NCBI GenBank assembly: GCA_043228905.1
Contig: JBHGNT010000010.1
Coordinates: 6,882,001 to 6,946,000, forward strand
Source: Azolla caroliniana
Lineage: Eukaryota > Plantae > Polypodiophyta
Direction: 5' to 3'
DNA: 64,000 bases
The notes beneath the pieces were generated by a model. The model was not told the origin of the DNA. It saw only the letters and a list, made by a program, of their open reading frames with translations, and searched no databases. This document shows, one piece after another, positions 33,501 through 45,229 of this stretch. The translations under genes and the position numbers were made by a program. How positions within the stretch are numbered: the first letter of the stretch is position 1; each line of letters begins with the position of its first letter.

Positions 33501-36357
33501 CCTCTTCCAGTTGCGATGCTTTTACGCGCTGTGAAACGGCCATTTCCTGTTCCAACGCTTCCTGCGCTTGCCGTAACTCCCGGATTGCGTCTTTATCCGG
33601 TTCTGCTTCCGCCTCTTCCGGTTGCGGTAAGTACGGTGCTACGGCTTCGGCAATGTCAATTTCGAAGAGGGGTATGATCTTCGGGTTTTCCTGCAGGTAT
33701 TGAGCTTCTTCTTCGTCCGCTAACCCTTCGAGCATGTTGACGCATTCCGCATACAACGGTGTACATTCCTTGCCAGTGCTCGTCCTTGGCTGTGTTGGTA
33801 CCCGTACCTTGGCTTTTCCTCGCCGGAAGGTAATTATATTTTTTCGCCAATTCTGTTTGATATGTGCCGTTTTCAACCATGGCCGCCCCAGCAATAGTGG
33901 GTATGCGCCTTGTGCCTGTAATTGTAGCACTACGGCCGAGATGTGAAATGTATGCCCGCCGACGGTGACTTCTAATTTCCGTATTAATCCTGTCGGCCGC
34001 ACTGAGCTTGTATCGGCCATCCGCAACCAGAACGGACACGGCTCCCACTCGTGGATTCCTAGGTCCTCACACGTCCGGAGGCTTATTACATTTACCCCAG
34101 AGCCTCCGTCTATAACTGTGTCGGGGAGTTCTTTCCCTTTTACAATGGCAGTGATTACCGGACTGCTGGTGTCTACCACTGTTGGTCCCTCCTCCGGATT
34201 CGAGAAGAGTACCGGTGCCGGTGATGGTTCTCCTACCGTCATGGCCGTCTTCAGTCCTTCCGTGAATCTTGGCACAAGTTGTAGGAGTCTTCCTAGTGGT
34301 AACGTAATCTGGCATTCTTGCAACGCCTGCCATGTCTCATTCTCGGAGTGACTACCGCCGGCAAGCCCTGCGGTGTTCTCCTTTTGCTGCTGTAAGTCTG
34401 TGACATTCTGCTCGTTTGCTTTCTTTACCCATTCCGTTGCTTGTTTCCGGATGGTCTCCTGTGTCTCCCATTCTTTGGCCATGCCCTTCGACCTTGTGGT
34501 CACCTGCTGCAGGTCTGCCACCTCAGGGACTACCATATTTACCGCCGGTCGTTTTTCATAGCTCTTCACCGGGCATTGGTTACTATAATGGCCTTCCTGT
34601 CAGCAGTAGTAGCAGTAGGCTTTTCGGGCATTGCTAGATTCGGCATTGTCTGTTGTACCCGGGGCAGGTCCTACGGTACGCGCGGGGTTTTGTACCGGTT
34701 GGCTACTTGGAGCTCCTTGTTCTGGATCCCGAGGGTAGCCTCCTTTTTTAAAATTCCGTTTTTTGTTAAAGCTCTTCTTATTACGGTACTCTTGACGGGG
34801 TTGCCCGTTATATCTGTCGTATTCCTCCCGTTGTTGACGATACCCGGGGGAGTGCTCCCGGTCGTACTGTTCGTATCGTCTATTGTAATCCTGGTACCGA
34901 TCATGCCGGTCATAGTTATCTCGCCGATCACCGTACCGGACATCATTTTCCCGTCGCTCGCCATACCGGACATCCTGTGCCGGTCGGTCACGGTCCATTC
35001 GCCGCCAGCGTTCGTCTTCTTCAGCCCGGCTGCTGCGTGGCTCAATTTGTCAGACGGGCGGTGCTTGCCGAGTCAACAGATTATACTCACACCTATCCGT
35101 CGTATGGCTCTTGGATTGACAGATTACACATTGCGTCCTCATAGTGCATTCTAGAGCCGAGTGTCCAGAATTCAAGCAGGTTGTGCACTGTATTGCTTGC
35201 CAAAACCGGAGGTCTTCATCGGACGGTAACGCCCGTTGAAGTGCGCCCAGTGTGAGCCAGGAGCTTGTCTTTTCCATCTCTTTCACCCGGTCAATGACCT
35301 GGTCGATGGTACTTGTGCGGAAATCGATTACCATGCAAACCGTGCGTAGGGGTTCCCGGAGCGCGTTTATGAATATCGTCCGTAATTCCTCCTCCGGGGG
35401 TGCACGGGCAAGCTGACTATGCATCCGTTGAAACCGGATGACAAATTGGGGAATGCTCTCCCCTGCCTCTTGCCGGATGGTATAAAATAAGCCTACCATT
35501 ACGGTCTGGTCCACCTCCTTTTGAAAAAAATGCATGAATTTAGCTTTTAAATCTGCAAAGGTGTTGATGGTAGACGGGTCCTGCGTCCGGCGCCATCTTG
35601 CTGTCGGTCCCTCCAATGTGACGCCAAACTCTGCTATCTTAGAGCGTTCTTCTTCCTCCGGTGTCAGTCGCTGGGACACATGGTTGGCTTCCCATGTCTG
35701 TTCAAAGGCGTGCACATGAGCTTCCGCGTCTGGATCATCTCTATACTTGGAGTACTGGAACGGCATGTCGTCGTCTGGTATCGGTGCGCGGGCTGGTAGT
35801 GTTGGTGCTCGTTCCGGAATTTTCTCCGATGTCGGTGGTCTTTCCCAATTTGATTCCGGTGTCGGTTGTTTCTCTTCCTTTGGTGACGGAGGCCTCTCCT
35901 CTTCGACTTCCGGTGTCGGAGGTCGTTCTTCTTCTACTGGTTCCGTGGGTTCCAGCGTTAGCACTTCCGGTTCCGGTTCCGGTGTCGGTAAGGTATCCGA
36001 TCCTTCGTCCTCCGGTCCGCCCGGGGTTTCGTTACTGCTACGGTAGTTCGTGTGCACGTTGTATTCCCCTTCGGAGTCCGATTCATATGCTGAAAAGGCC
36101 TCTGCTTCGCCTTCTCCGTTTGCCAACGTATGGAGAAGGGATTTGGTTTCCCGGAGGCTGCTTAGGCTGCTGCCGTCGTCCGGGTGCGATGTTTGTTGTA
36201 ACCAGAGGGAGTCCTCCGCTACTCTCCGGATTACGTTGGAAAACGAGCGATCCGCTCTAATTTCCTGCGCTGCTTGCTGGAAAGCCTCGCGTCTCCTTTG
36301 CCTTTCGGCAAGGCGTCGAGTTCGATCTGTAACCAAGTCGTGCGTTGATCTAGACAT
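30583..36357 (-). pseudogene. Gag-Pol of element C with three in-frame TGA stops
   Basis: ORFs 35050-36444, 34600-34998, 31132-34569 and 30583-31116 are one frame and closely match the A polyprotein. Confidence 0.95.
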
Positions 36358-39241
36358 CCATCCGTGCCGTCGTTCGCTGCAAAAACAGGAATCGTGGTCG
36401 CCAAAAACTGTGTTAACTCTTCGGGCCGGACAATGGCCTAACACAGGGTGTCTACGTGAGACACTTCACCAAAGGGTGTTACGGCAACCGGATTAGACTT
36501 CAACGCTTAATCCGACTTAGTTAAGTTACTTATTAGGATCGTCTTTCATAACACGCGTAAGATATAACAATTAAGACAGAACGGCAATTAACACAGAGAT
36601 ATAACAACGCTTAAGCTTTCATTAATTAACCGCTAACTATTACATTGTATCCGGGCCTTTAAATAGGTTTCCGGTCTGTATTACAAAACGGTGCCATCCG
36701 CACCTGTTCGGGATCGGTCCGGATCCGGAACGGCATACCGATTCCGGTCCGTCCGTCCACACTCATAGCTTAATTACAACCACATTCCTACTACTTAATT
36801 AGCTCTCCGTTTCCCACTCTGGACTCCTTTGCCGACCGGTAACATCAAGGCTCTAGTGGCCCACGTGATTCAAGGACGCATACGAATATGTACGCCATTG
36901 TGATGAGTGCCAAAGTTTCAAACACTCCCAAAAGGCGAACTTTAACACCTTGAATCTAGTAGTGGTTTCACAACCCTTCGAGAAATGGGGCATCAATTTC
37001 ATTAGACCCATTAGTCTGGCCTCCAAGCTCAACTAGTACAAAATCTCTACCATAGACTACACCACCAAGTGGGCTGAAGCAAAAGCTTACCCGACACACA
37101 TACCACCACCAAGTTGTTATAGGAGCACATCATTGTGGGTTTTGGGTGCCCAATCGAGATAATACGGGACCAAGGTTCTCATTTCTTAAATGAGGTGATA
37201 GCCCATCTATTAGGGGAATTCACGATCAAACACAGGAAGAGCTCCCCTTATTACCCTCGTTGTAATGGTCAAGCAAAGAGCACCACAAAGTGTTGTGAGC
37301 AATGCTCACAAAGATAATAGTAGCTTTGCAGTATGATTGGAGCACTAAGTTGCATGCGGCATTATGGGCCCTCCACACCTCTTATAAGATTGAAACAATC
37401 CTATCAGTTGAATTCAAACTCCTCACACACCATTCAAACTCGTATACGGGAAAGAAGCGGTCCTACCAATTGAATTCCTCTTCCCCAATCTCAAAATCTC
37501 CATACAAGAGTGATGGGACGACAACCCACTACCATCATGTTTGGAGAACTTGGAACACCTTTGACGGCAATTGTTGACACTGGCACCTCATCGACCCTGC
37601 TTTCTTTCGAGAGATGGGAACTTCTAGGTTTCCCCGACCTAGAAGTATGCAATCACGTGTTTCATGGGTTTGATGGTTCTATGACATGTTGCTTCGTGCT
37701 ACTTACATGCCACATCAAAACAAAGCACACACACTCAATGTCCGTATGTCCCACCCGTTGTGTTGTACACACCTTGACTCCTTGGGAAATATTGGTGTCA
37801 CAATTGGAAGTGCTTAATCTCGCCGAGCACAAACATTGTCCACTTCCTCACCTCTACAGGCATGCACACGGAACGAATGACCGTCATCAAACCATCACAA
37901 GTCAATATGACCGTGGAGCCATTCGACCACGTCATAGATAGCCCCAACACACCACCCACACCCCAAACAGAAACCACCCCTAAACAACCTCGACGTCACA
38001 CACCCTTCAACCCAAAACGTTCAACCAGCAAGAGCAGATAACCTCAGTCGCCCAAATTGCACGAGAGGGTTAACATTCATGCAACTTTCACCGAAGGCCC
38101 TCGAAAAGGGCAACTGGCCATATGGAGAGTGCGTAGTTGGCACGAGGGACTACCCAATTCAGGGTACCCAAACGCAGTCAACTATCCGCAACGACACCCG
38201 TAGGGTCCCGTACCAACACTAACCACAACCGCGCAACACCCACCATTCGGCTTCCGCAATTCCCAACCCCACGTACGAACCGACAAATCCAAACAACAAT
38301 CAAACACCCAGCCCAGGTAAGCTGCTTCAGCACAATCGCGACTAGCCACCAAAAAGACTCAAGCGCTCGGGGGCAAGCTTCCCGTACCTTCATCACACCC
38401 CAATGCAGTACTCCCCCAAGTTTGGGTCCCTAAAGATAGCCGTGCCCCCCTAGGTGCCACCTGACCACATCACAAATTTGGTATGTGTCCTTGGCTTTAT
38501 ACATTTGTAGAGGTTTTGGCTTATTCATGTACCAAAGTGTTGTTCACCTTGTGGCTCTCAAGTCATTCTGCATACACCCAATTTGTAATATCAAATGAGT
38601 GTTATGTTGTACCTTGTTGTCATTTTTCATGTATACCCATAATCGTGTTGCAGGAACCTTTGATATTCCACTATGAAGAAGACAATGTTGTGACAAACTT
38701 AACTTATGAACCTCGATGCACCATAAGTTTCCTTAAACCATAGAGTTAGGACACGAACATAATTTAATGACATCACTCTAGTTTAGAGAAATACTAGGAG
38801 AATTTTTACTCCTTATTTCTGACCAAAAACTCTCCCAGATAGGATCTTAAGAAACCTATTTGGATGGATAAGATTTATAGCCATTATATTTCAATTATGT
38901 AAGCACTTTTGCAACAAGTTGACCCATTGATGACCCCTACAATTTACATATTTGCTACATGTTTGTGGCTGTGTAATTTGTAAGCACTTGCCTAATTTAT
39001 GTACAAAAGTGTTATTCACCTTGTAGATCTAGGCCTATACTATTCTTGTTGCATGAAGTTGTGATATGGAAAGTGTATTATGTTATACATTATAATCTTC
39101 CTTAATCCATAGAGCTCGGATATAAACATAATCTAAAAAGGACACAATTCTAAATTAAAAAAAATAATACGAGAAGTTTTATTCCTTTATTTGTGACAAA
39201 AAGTTCTCCCAAATTGGATAAAGAAACCTATCTAGATTGAT

Positions 39242-39375
39242 AAAATTTTGATAACAAAAATAAAGTATATGAGTATGAAATCCACGTCATGGTCTAAAAG
39301 ATATAGAAAAAATTTTGATAACAAAAATAAAGTATATGAGTATGAAATTCACGTCATGGTCTAAAAGATATAGAA
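39242..39375. repeat. Tandem duplication, 67-bp unit x2
   Basis: AAAATTTTGATAACAAAAATAAAG...AAAAGATATAGA repeated with one mismatch. Confidence 0.9.
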
Positions 39376-41149
39376 TTTGATTAAGCACTTGCTTCAAAAG
39401 GTAGAGAAATAGGAAATCATTCTTGTTTTCACTAACATTTAGGTCGACTAACTAGACATCACACATTTTCTCGAAACGGGATGAGCAAGGCAAGAGAAAT
39501 AATGTCATAAACAATTGCTTTGGAGTGTGATATTCTCTACTAATTATTTATAAACAAATGAAGAGACATATGTGTGTACAAGAGAGAGAAAGAAAGTTAT
39601 AATAACATCTTCTGAGACCAAATTTGGCCCATGAGGGGAGAGAGAGAGGTGCATTTCAACCACATTTTTCGAGGAAGGAAAATAAGAAAACCATTATTCG
39701 TGTTTACCAAAATTTGGGATGAATAAGTAGACATCAAGTGGGTATAATAGTTCCACAAAAGGGAACGTGCAATTGTATAGATTTGAGCCTTCTCATCTAA
39801 GAACGTAAATGATATACTTAATTCAGTTAACTTTCGTCGATTTAAATGCTGTCCAATTTATGGTTGTCCCTTTTAACCAAATTTAGTGCTCTAATTTGCA
39901 GATTTGAACTATAGTTATTGAGCTTTTTCAAGCATTTGAAGTGCACAACATATGTATAACTCCATGACAAGGCTTAAACTCCCGTTGAGCTATTTGACAT
40001 TCAATACTATATCCCATTCATCATACCTGCTTATATTTGAACCTCATTCATATTGTTATCACATCTATTATGTCTGCTTTTTGGGTACCAACTATCTTAA
40101 GCACATGTATATATCAATGTTATTGTTCACCTCATTGATCAATGTAATGAGGTTTTGTGAAAGTGAAGTTTATAATAAGTAGTTAGATATGGCAATCGAC
40201 ATCATTGTAGAGTGTAGCAAGTCTCAAACTTGAAATCATGATGTGAAAGCATATAGGGTTGATTGAGATTATGCTATTGGTTTTGACCTTATAGGTATGC
40301 TACAACGCAAAAACACATTTTAGAGAAATACCATTAGGAAAGAGACAAACATTGGCACATTATCCATAAAACAAACACCCTAAAGATGCTAAGTTGCAAT
40401 AGTGGTATTGATAAATTTGCTCTTCTAGTTCCATTTCAAGAAAAATTGCATCCATATTCGTTATGACCTCTAGTGCTTTGCTTCGTTGATTTTCTCGAAC
40501 ATGATTCGCGAGGAGGAGACCATCGTGGTATATGTTTGACAAATGAAGAGGTGGCATAATTGATGTATCCGAAGAGGTGACATAACTAAAGTATGTCCAT
40601 ATGTTTATGGGTTGAGAATGATTTACATGTGATAAAGGGGAAACCCCCGTCCTCACAAATTCAGTGTTATATTATTGTTGCAACTTATAACCACAAAGGA
40701 TTGTACATGCATCACGAATGGAAGGTTGTTTGTTAATAAGAAGTGGGCAAGAGCCAATTATATATAAGAATGTGACCCACCTTCTTAAAGGGTAAAGGCA
40801 AAACACATAGTGGGTGGTACCAAATCATGGGGAACAAGGAGGAAGAGTGACCCGAGTTAGATAGATAAACAACAACACACACACTTGCCTGCGAAATCAC
40901 TTATGTTAGCAGTGTTGACTAGGCCAAGGGCTATTGTGAGGCCGACGCGAGTTTTTTCTAGTACTCAATAATAAAGTGAGCTATCTCGAAAGTTTGCGAG
41001 GAAAAAGAATCAGACACATGGTCATCGACGAGGTGTGGCAGTTACAGTTTAAAGATTCCATCGGTTTGGGAGCTTTTTTTTTGCACAATGTTTATTTTTT
41101 ATTTGGGAGGAGAGAAGGTGTCCTCAGTGGGGAGAGAGAGAGCCCAGAT

Positions 41150-41221
41150 GGATGTAGCTAAGTTGGTAAGGTTGCCCAATGGAGACCAAGTGGTCATGGG
41201 TTCAACCCCTACATTCCACAG
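41150..41221 (+). other. tRNA-derived sequence (SINE head or tRNA pseudogene)
   Basis: A-box-like TAGCTAAGTTGG and B-box-like GGTTCAACCC at tRNA spacing; GGATGTAG/CTACATTC pairing; no clean anticodon arm. Confidence 0.5.
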
Positions 41222-41344
41222 TGGCATCTAGTGAAATAGAGATACATATGAAGTATATAATAGAGAGGTGAGGAAATTGGGTTTCACACCCAAGACACAG
41301 TGCTTGTAGTGTTATCGACTTACCGCTAGGGTAAGCTAATTACG

Positions 41345-41381
<37 letters not shown>

Positions 41382-41458
41382 GGCACACAGAGGGGAGGAA
41401 GAAGAGCACGAGGAGGGCAAAACCATTTGTTTGTTTGTCAGGAATGCTGATCGAACCT

Positions 41459-41692
41459 TTTGGGCATCGTGGGTCCCGGGAGATCTGGCGAAAGAAGAAG
41501 AAGAATGAGGTGTCTTTCACGCTTAGGGGGATTAGATGGGCGGGCGGACAACACCAGACATGCCACACACACACACACACACACAAACATTTGGGCATCG
41601 TGGGTCCCGGGAGATCTGGCGAAGGAAGAAGAAGAACGAGGTGTCTTTCACGCTAGGGGGATTAGATGGGCGGGCGGACAACACCAGACATG

Positions 41693-41727
<35 letters not shown>
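41459..41727. repeat. Tandem duplication (about 131-bp unit x2, each ending in (CA)n) upstream of MKP1
   Basis: TTTGGGCATCGTGGGTCCCGGGAGATC... starts at 41459 and 41590. Confidence 0.92.
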
Positions 41728-42338
41728 AATGAATGTGTAAAAGAGGATGACGTCAGGGGAAGGGATGAGGCTGAGGACGTGGCATCTTTCTTGGTCAAAG
41801 CAATTGACTGATTCCACTGCTGAATGTGTGTTGTGTGTGTGTGTCTCTCTCTCTAGGCTGAAGCGGTAAAAACAGAGAGAGAAAGAGCGATGAGAGGATG
41901 CCGCTAACGTTAGCGGCGTGGCGCCGCTAAAGTTAGCGGAGACTCTGCCTCTCCACCACACCACACCCTCCAAAACCAGAAAAGCTTTTTTCTGGATGGA
42001 ATTGTGGGGGAGGGGGGGGGGGGGATTGAGGATTTGTTTTTGATCAGACGACAATTTCTTTTTGGGAGTTTTTCAAGATTAGGGTTCTTCTTCTTCTTCT
42101 TCTTCTTCCTTCCTTCCTTCCTTCCATCGTTTTTCTGCCCCCTGCCCACGCACAGATCTCTCTCTCTCTCTCTCTACAGATTTAACAATTTAGCATAAAA
42201 AGCTAGGAGTGGTCAGAGAGCTTCATCCCGCCATATCCCAAATCACTCCCTCTGTAGCTAATCGTTGCACATGGCTCTCCATCCCTCAGATCTAACCTAA
42301 CAGTAGTAACCCTCGCCTCCCACCTTACCTTCCAAGCT

Positions 42339-44642
42339 ATGGCGGGACAAGGAATCGATGCAGCAGACTCCCCTTCATCCACCAAAGACGTGGATTATCC
42401 AACCAATCGCAAACCCTACTTAAGGTCTGCCACATGGAGCACTAGATCTGCCCCACCAAGCCCAAGAACAAACAACCAAGCTTCCATTACCGCCACTGTA
42501 CCTCCCTCCATACCCCCTCTTCCTACGTTAGAAAGACAAGCTAGTAGTAAAGCTCGAGCCTCGCTTCCTCCTCTTCAACCTCTCACAGTAGCCAGACGAA
42601 GCCTCGAGCACTGGCCGACGGCCGCATCTGATGACTTGTCGATCACTGATTGGTCCACTCCTTCCACACCCGGACGCCGCCGCGTCAAAACAGGCCCTGA
42701 CATCAAGATTGACCTCACCTCGGTTCAAAGAGGTGGCCTTGAACCAAGTGAAATTCAACTGAAGCGTGACAAGTTTGCATTCTTCGATAAAGAATGCTCT
42801 CGTGTTTCGGAATCTCATATATACCTTGGGAGCGATGCGGTAGCGAAGAATCGGGAAACCCTAAAAGCAAATGGGATCACTCATGTCCTCAACTGTGTTG
42901 GGTTTGTTTGCCCTGAATACTTCAAGAAGGATTTTGTATACAAGACCCTTTGGCTTCAAGATAGCCCAGGTGAGGATATCACTAGTTTGCTTTATGATGT
43001 TTTTGATTATTTTGAAGAGGTTAGAGAGCAAGGTGGACGGGTGTTTGTTCATTGTTGCCAAGGTGTGTCTCGATCCACTTCCCTTGTGATCGCCTATATG
43101 ATGTGGCGTGATCGCCTTAGCTTTGAAGATGCCTTCCAAGATGTGAAAGCATCGAGAGGCGTCACAAACCCTAATATGGGTTTTGCTTGCCAACTTCTCC
43201 AGTGCCAAAAGAGGGTTCATGCGGCACCGATGAGCCCAAATTCGATCCTTAGAATGTATAGACTAGCTCCTCATTCACCCTATGATCCTTTGCATCTGGT
43301 GCCAAAAATGGTCAACAATCCTGGTCCTGGGGCATTGGATTCAAGAGGTGCGTTCGTGATACATGTGCCGCTTGCAATTTATGTATGGATTGGTATCCAT
43401 TGTGACCCGAAAATCTCCCGAGCGGCGCGAATGGCCGCTGAGCAGGTGATACGATACGAGAGAGTTCGTGGTGGCCCTCCGGTTATGGTAAATGAAGCAA
43501 GTGAAAGCTCGGAGTTCTGGGATGCTCTAAGCAAGTATGCCAATGATAATAATCAGGTACAGGATGTAGAAAATTTGGATGCGTCAGGTGCGAATGATAA
43601 GAAAGGGGGCAGTGTAGCCAGCCACGTTGGAATTGGTGAGAGGCTTGTGGGCGAGTATAGTGCGGATTTTGAGCTGTTTCAAAGAGCGAAGCAAGGGGGT
43701 GTGGTACCTCCAGTGCCATCTACAGGGCTTGGCGTAGCAGCCCCTCCCACCCGGATTCCGGCGAGAGAAGATGGGTGGTGTAGATTGAGGCAGAAGTTTC
43801 TCTCTGGGGAGCTTTTCCCCCCCAAGGAGAGTTCGATATCAACTGAGAAATCAGAAACAAATTCAGCATCACCGAATCCATCGTTGGATTCGTGTTCACC
43901 CAATTTTTCTTCACCTTTTTCCTCATCCTCATCCTCAGATAATGCAGCTTCTTGTGATTCGCCCTTTGCATCGCCACTTTCACACTTGAGTATCTCATCA
44001 CCGAACATGCCAATGTTCTATACCCCACACCCTTTCGATGCCGATGCTCTATCAGGCTTTACTTCCCCTAAAGGTGGTTGGGACCAAGGGGTGATATTTC
44101 CCTCAAATAGAGGGACTCCTCCGCCCACGTTGAATTCTAAAATCCCATCGATTTTACTAGCACGGCGAAGAGGTGATAATGCATCACATTCTCATGGAGT
44201 TGAAGACGTTCCTTCATCGGCATCTACTGATTCGGTAATCATTAATGACGCAAGTGGACATTCCGACTCTAGATTCGATGAGGGTAATAATCAGATGGTA
44301 TCAAAGGAATGCTTTGATGAAACTATGGATCACGAAAAGAATGGGCCCGAGTTTAATTTTGTATCTTCTTCAAGAAGCCCTTTGGCGGCTATACCAGAAT
44401 TGGGGCATCCTGCATTATATTCCTGGCCCCAAGTTGAAAGGATAGATATGTTTGATGTTGGTGACCTTGATGCCAAGGCTGTATTTGTGCTAGTAGCGTC
44501 TCAACAGACGGAAGAATATGTTGTTTATGTGTGGGTGGGAAGAGAATGTAATCAGCAAAAGGAGAATGACGAGATGTATTGGCAGTCGATCGCTCAAGGA
44601 TTTCTTCACGATCTCAAATGTGGTGCACGTGTCCTTACCCGG
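42339..44642 (+). CDS. MKP1: MAP kinase phosphatase 1, exon 1
   Basis: Dual-specificity phosphatase loop VHCCQGVSRS, WLQDSPGEDI; plant MKP1 motifs LPPLQPL, FDKECS, HSPYDPLHLVP; gelsolin-like LDSRGAF...YVWIG; Ser-rich region; GT donor at 44643. Confidence 0.95.
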
Positions 44643-45172
44643 GTCTGTATTTCATTCTTAATTATTTGTAGGGTTGCACACTGGTGACTGCATTCTTCAC
44701 CTAATCAATGCTAGCAATTCATTAAAATCATTGAGTAACATCAATGTATTAATTGCTCAATTTTTGCTAGGATCGAACTCTCTCGATTGCATAGTTGACC
44801 TGCATAAACATGATTGATTAGTCGAGAACTTATAGTAACATCGATGTGTTAAGTAATCAACTATCATAGTTACATCTTAACCGAATAACATGAATAAACG
44901 TAATGATGATGTGTTGAGTGTTGGATTAGTGTCAGGATCACTCTTGTGATTACAGCCCAAATATAATAAACATGATCAAAACACATACCAAACATCGAGA
45001 TGCATTGAGTGCTCAATGTTCGTAGAATGGCACTATCTATCCTAATTATATATTTAGCTTAATAAAGATGGTTTTGTAATTAAAACAGTTTGTATCTTGG
45101 ATGTGTGCATGTTATGTGGCTCATGAAGAGATAATTTCTTCTTTATTCTGACATAATTTTGCTCATGGGCAG

Positions 45173-45229
45173 GTGGTGAAACAAGGGAATGAACCTGAGG
45201 AGTTTTGGGATAATTTCAATCATAGTTGA
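45173..45229 (+). CDS. MKP1: MAP kinase phosphatase 1, exon 2
   Basis: CAG acceptor at 45170-45172; in-frame VVKQGNEPEEFWDNFNHS* completes the second gelsolin-like repeat (786 aa in total). Confidence 0.88.
   Translation: MVKQGNEPEEFWDNFNHS

Larger units (their letters stand above)
26945..36844 (-). mobile_element. Ty3/gypsy LTR retrotransposon C (same family as A, older)
   Basis: 434-bp LTRs 26945-27378 and 36411-36844 with about 7 substitutions; TSD TCAAG; PBS 36391-36403 identical to A. Confidence 0.97.
26655..37560 (+). mobile_element. Old gypsy integrase remnant split by element C (26655-26944 and 36850-37560)
   Basis: AHCGSASGHF before C; WPT, CDECQ, PFEKWG, TKWAEA, DQGSHF, PYYPRCNGQA, YGKEAVLPIEF after C. 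Confidence 0.85.

Noticed and set aside
38520-39245. Diverged direct repeats (about 38520-38880 vs 39000-39245) as an LTR pair
   Set aside because: No TG...CA ends, PBS, PPT or TSD found.
40360-40656. MDAIFLEMELEEQIY resembling copia RT
   Set aside because: One short degenerate motif with no supporting context.
44643-44687. MKP1 ending at the ORF-track stop 44687
   Set aside because: Runs into the intron; the spliced exon at 45173 gives the expected gelsolin-like end.
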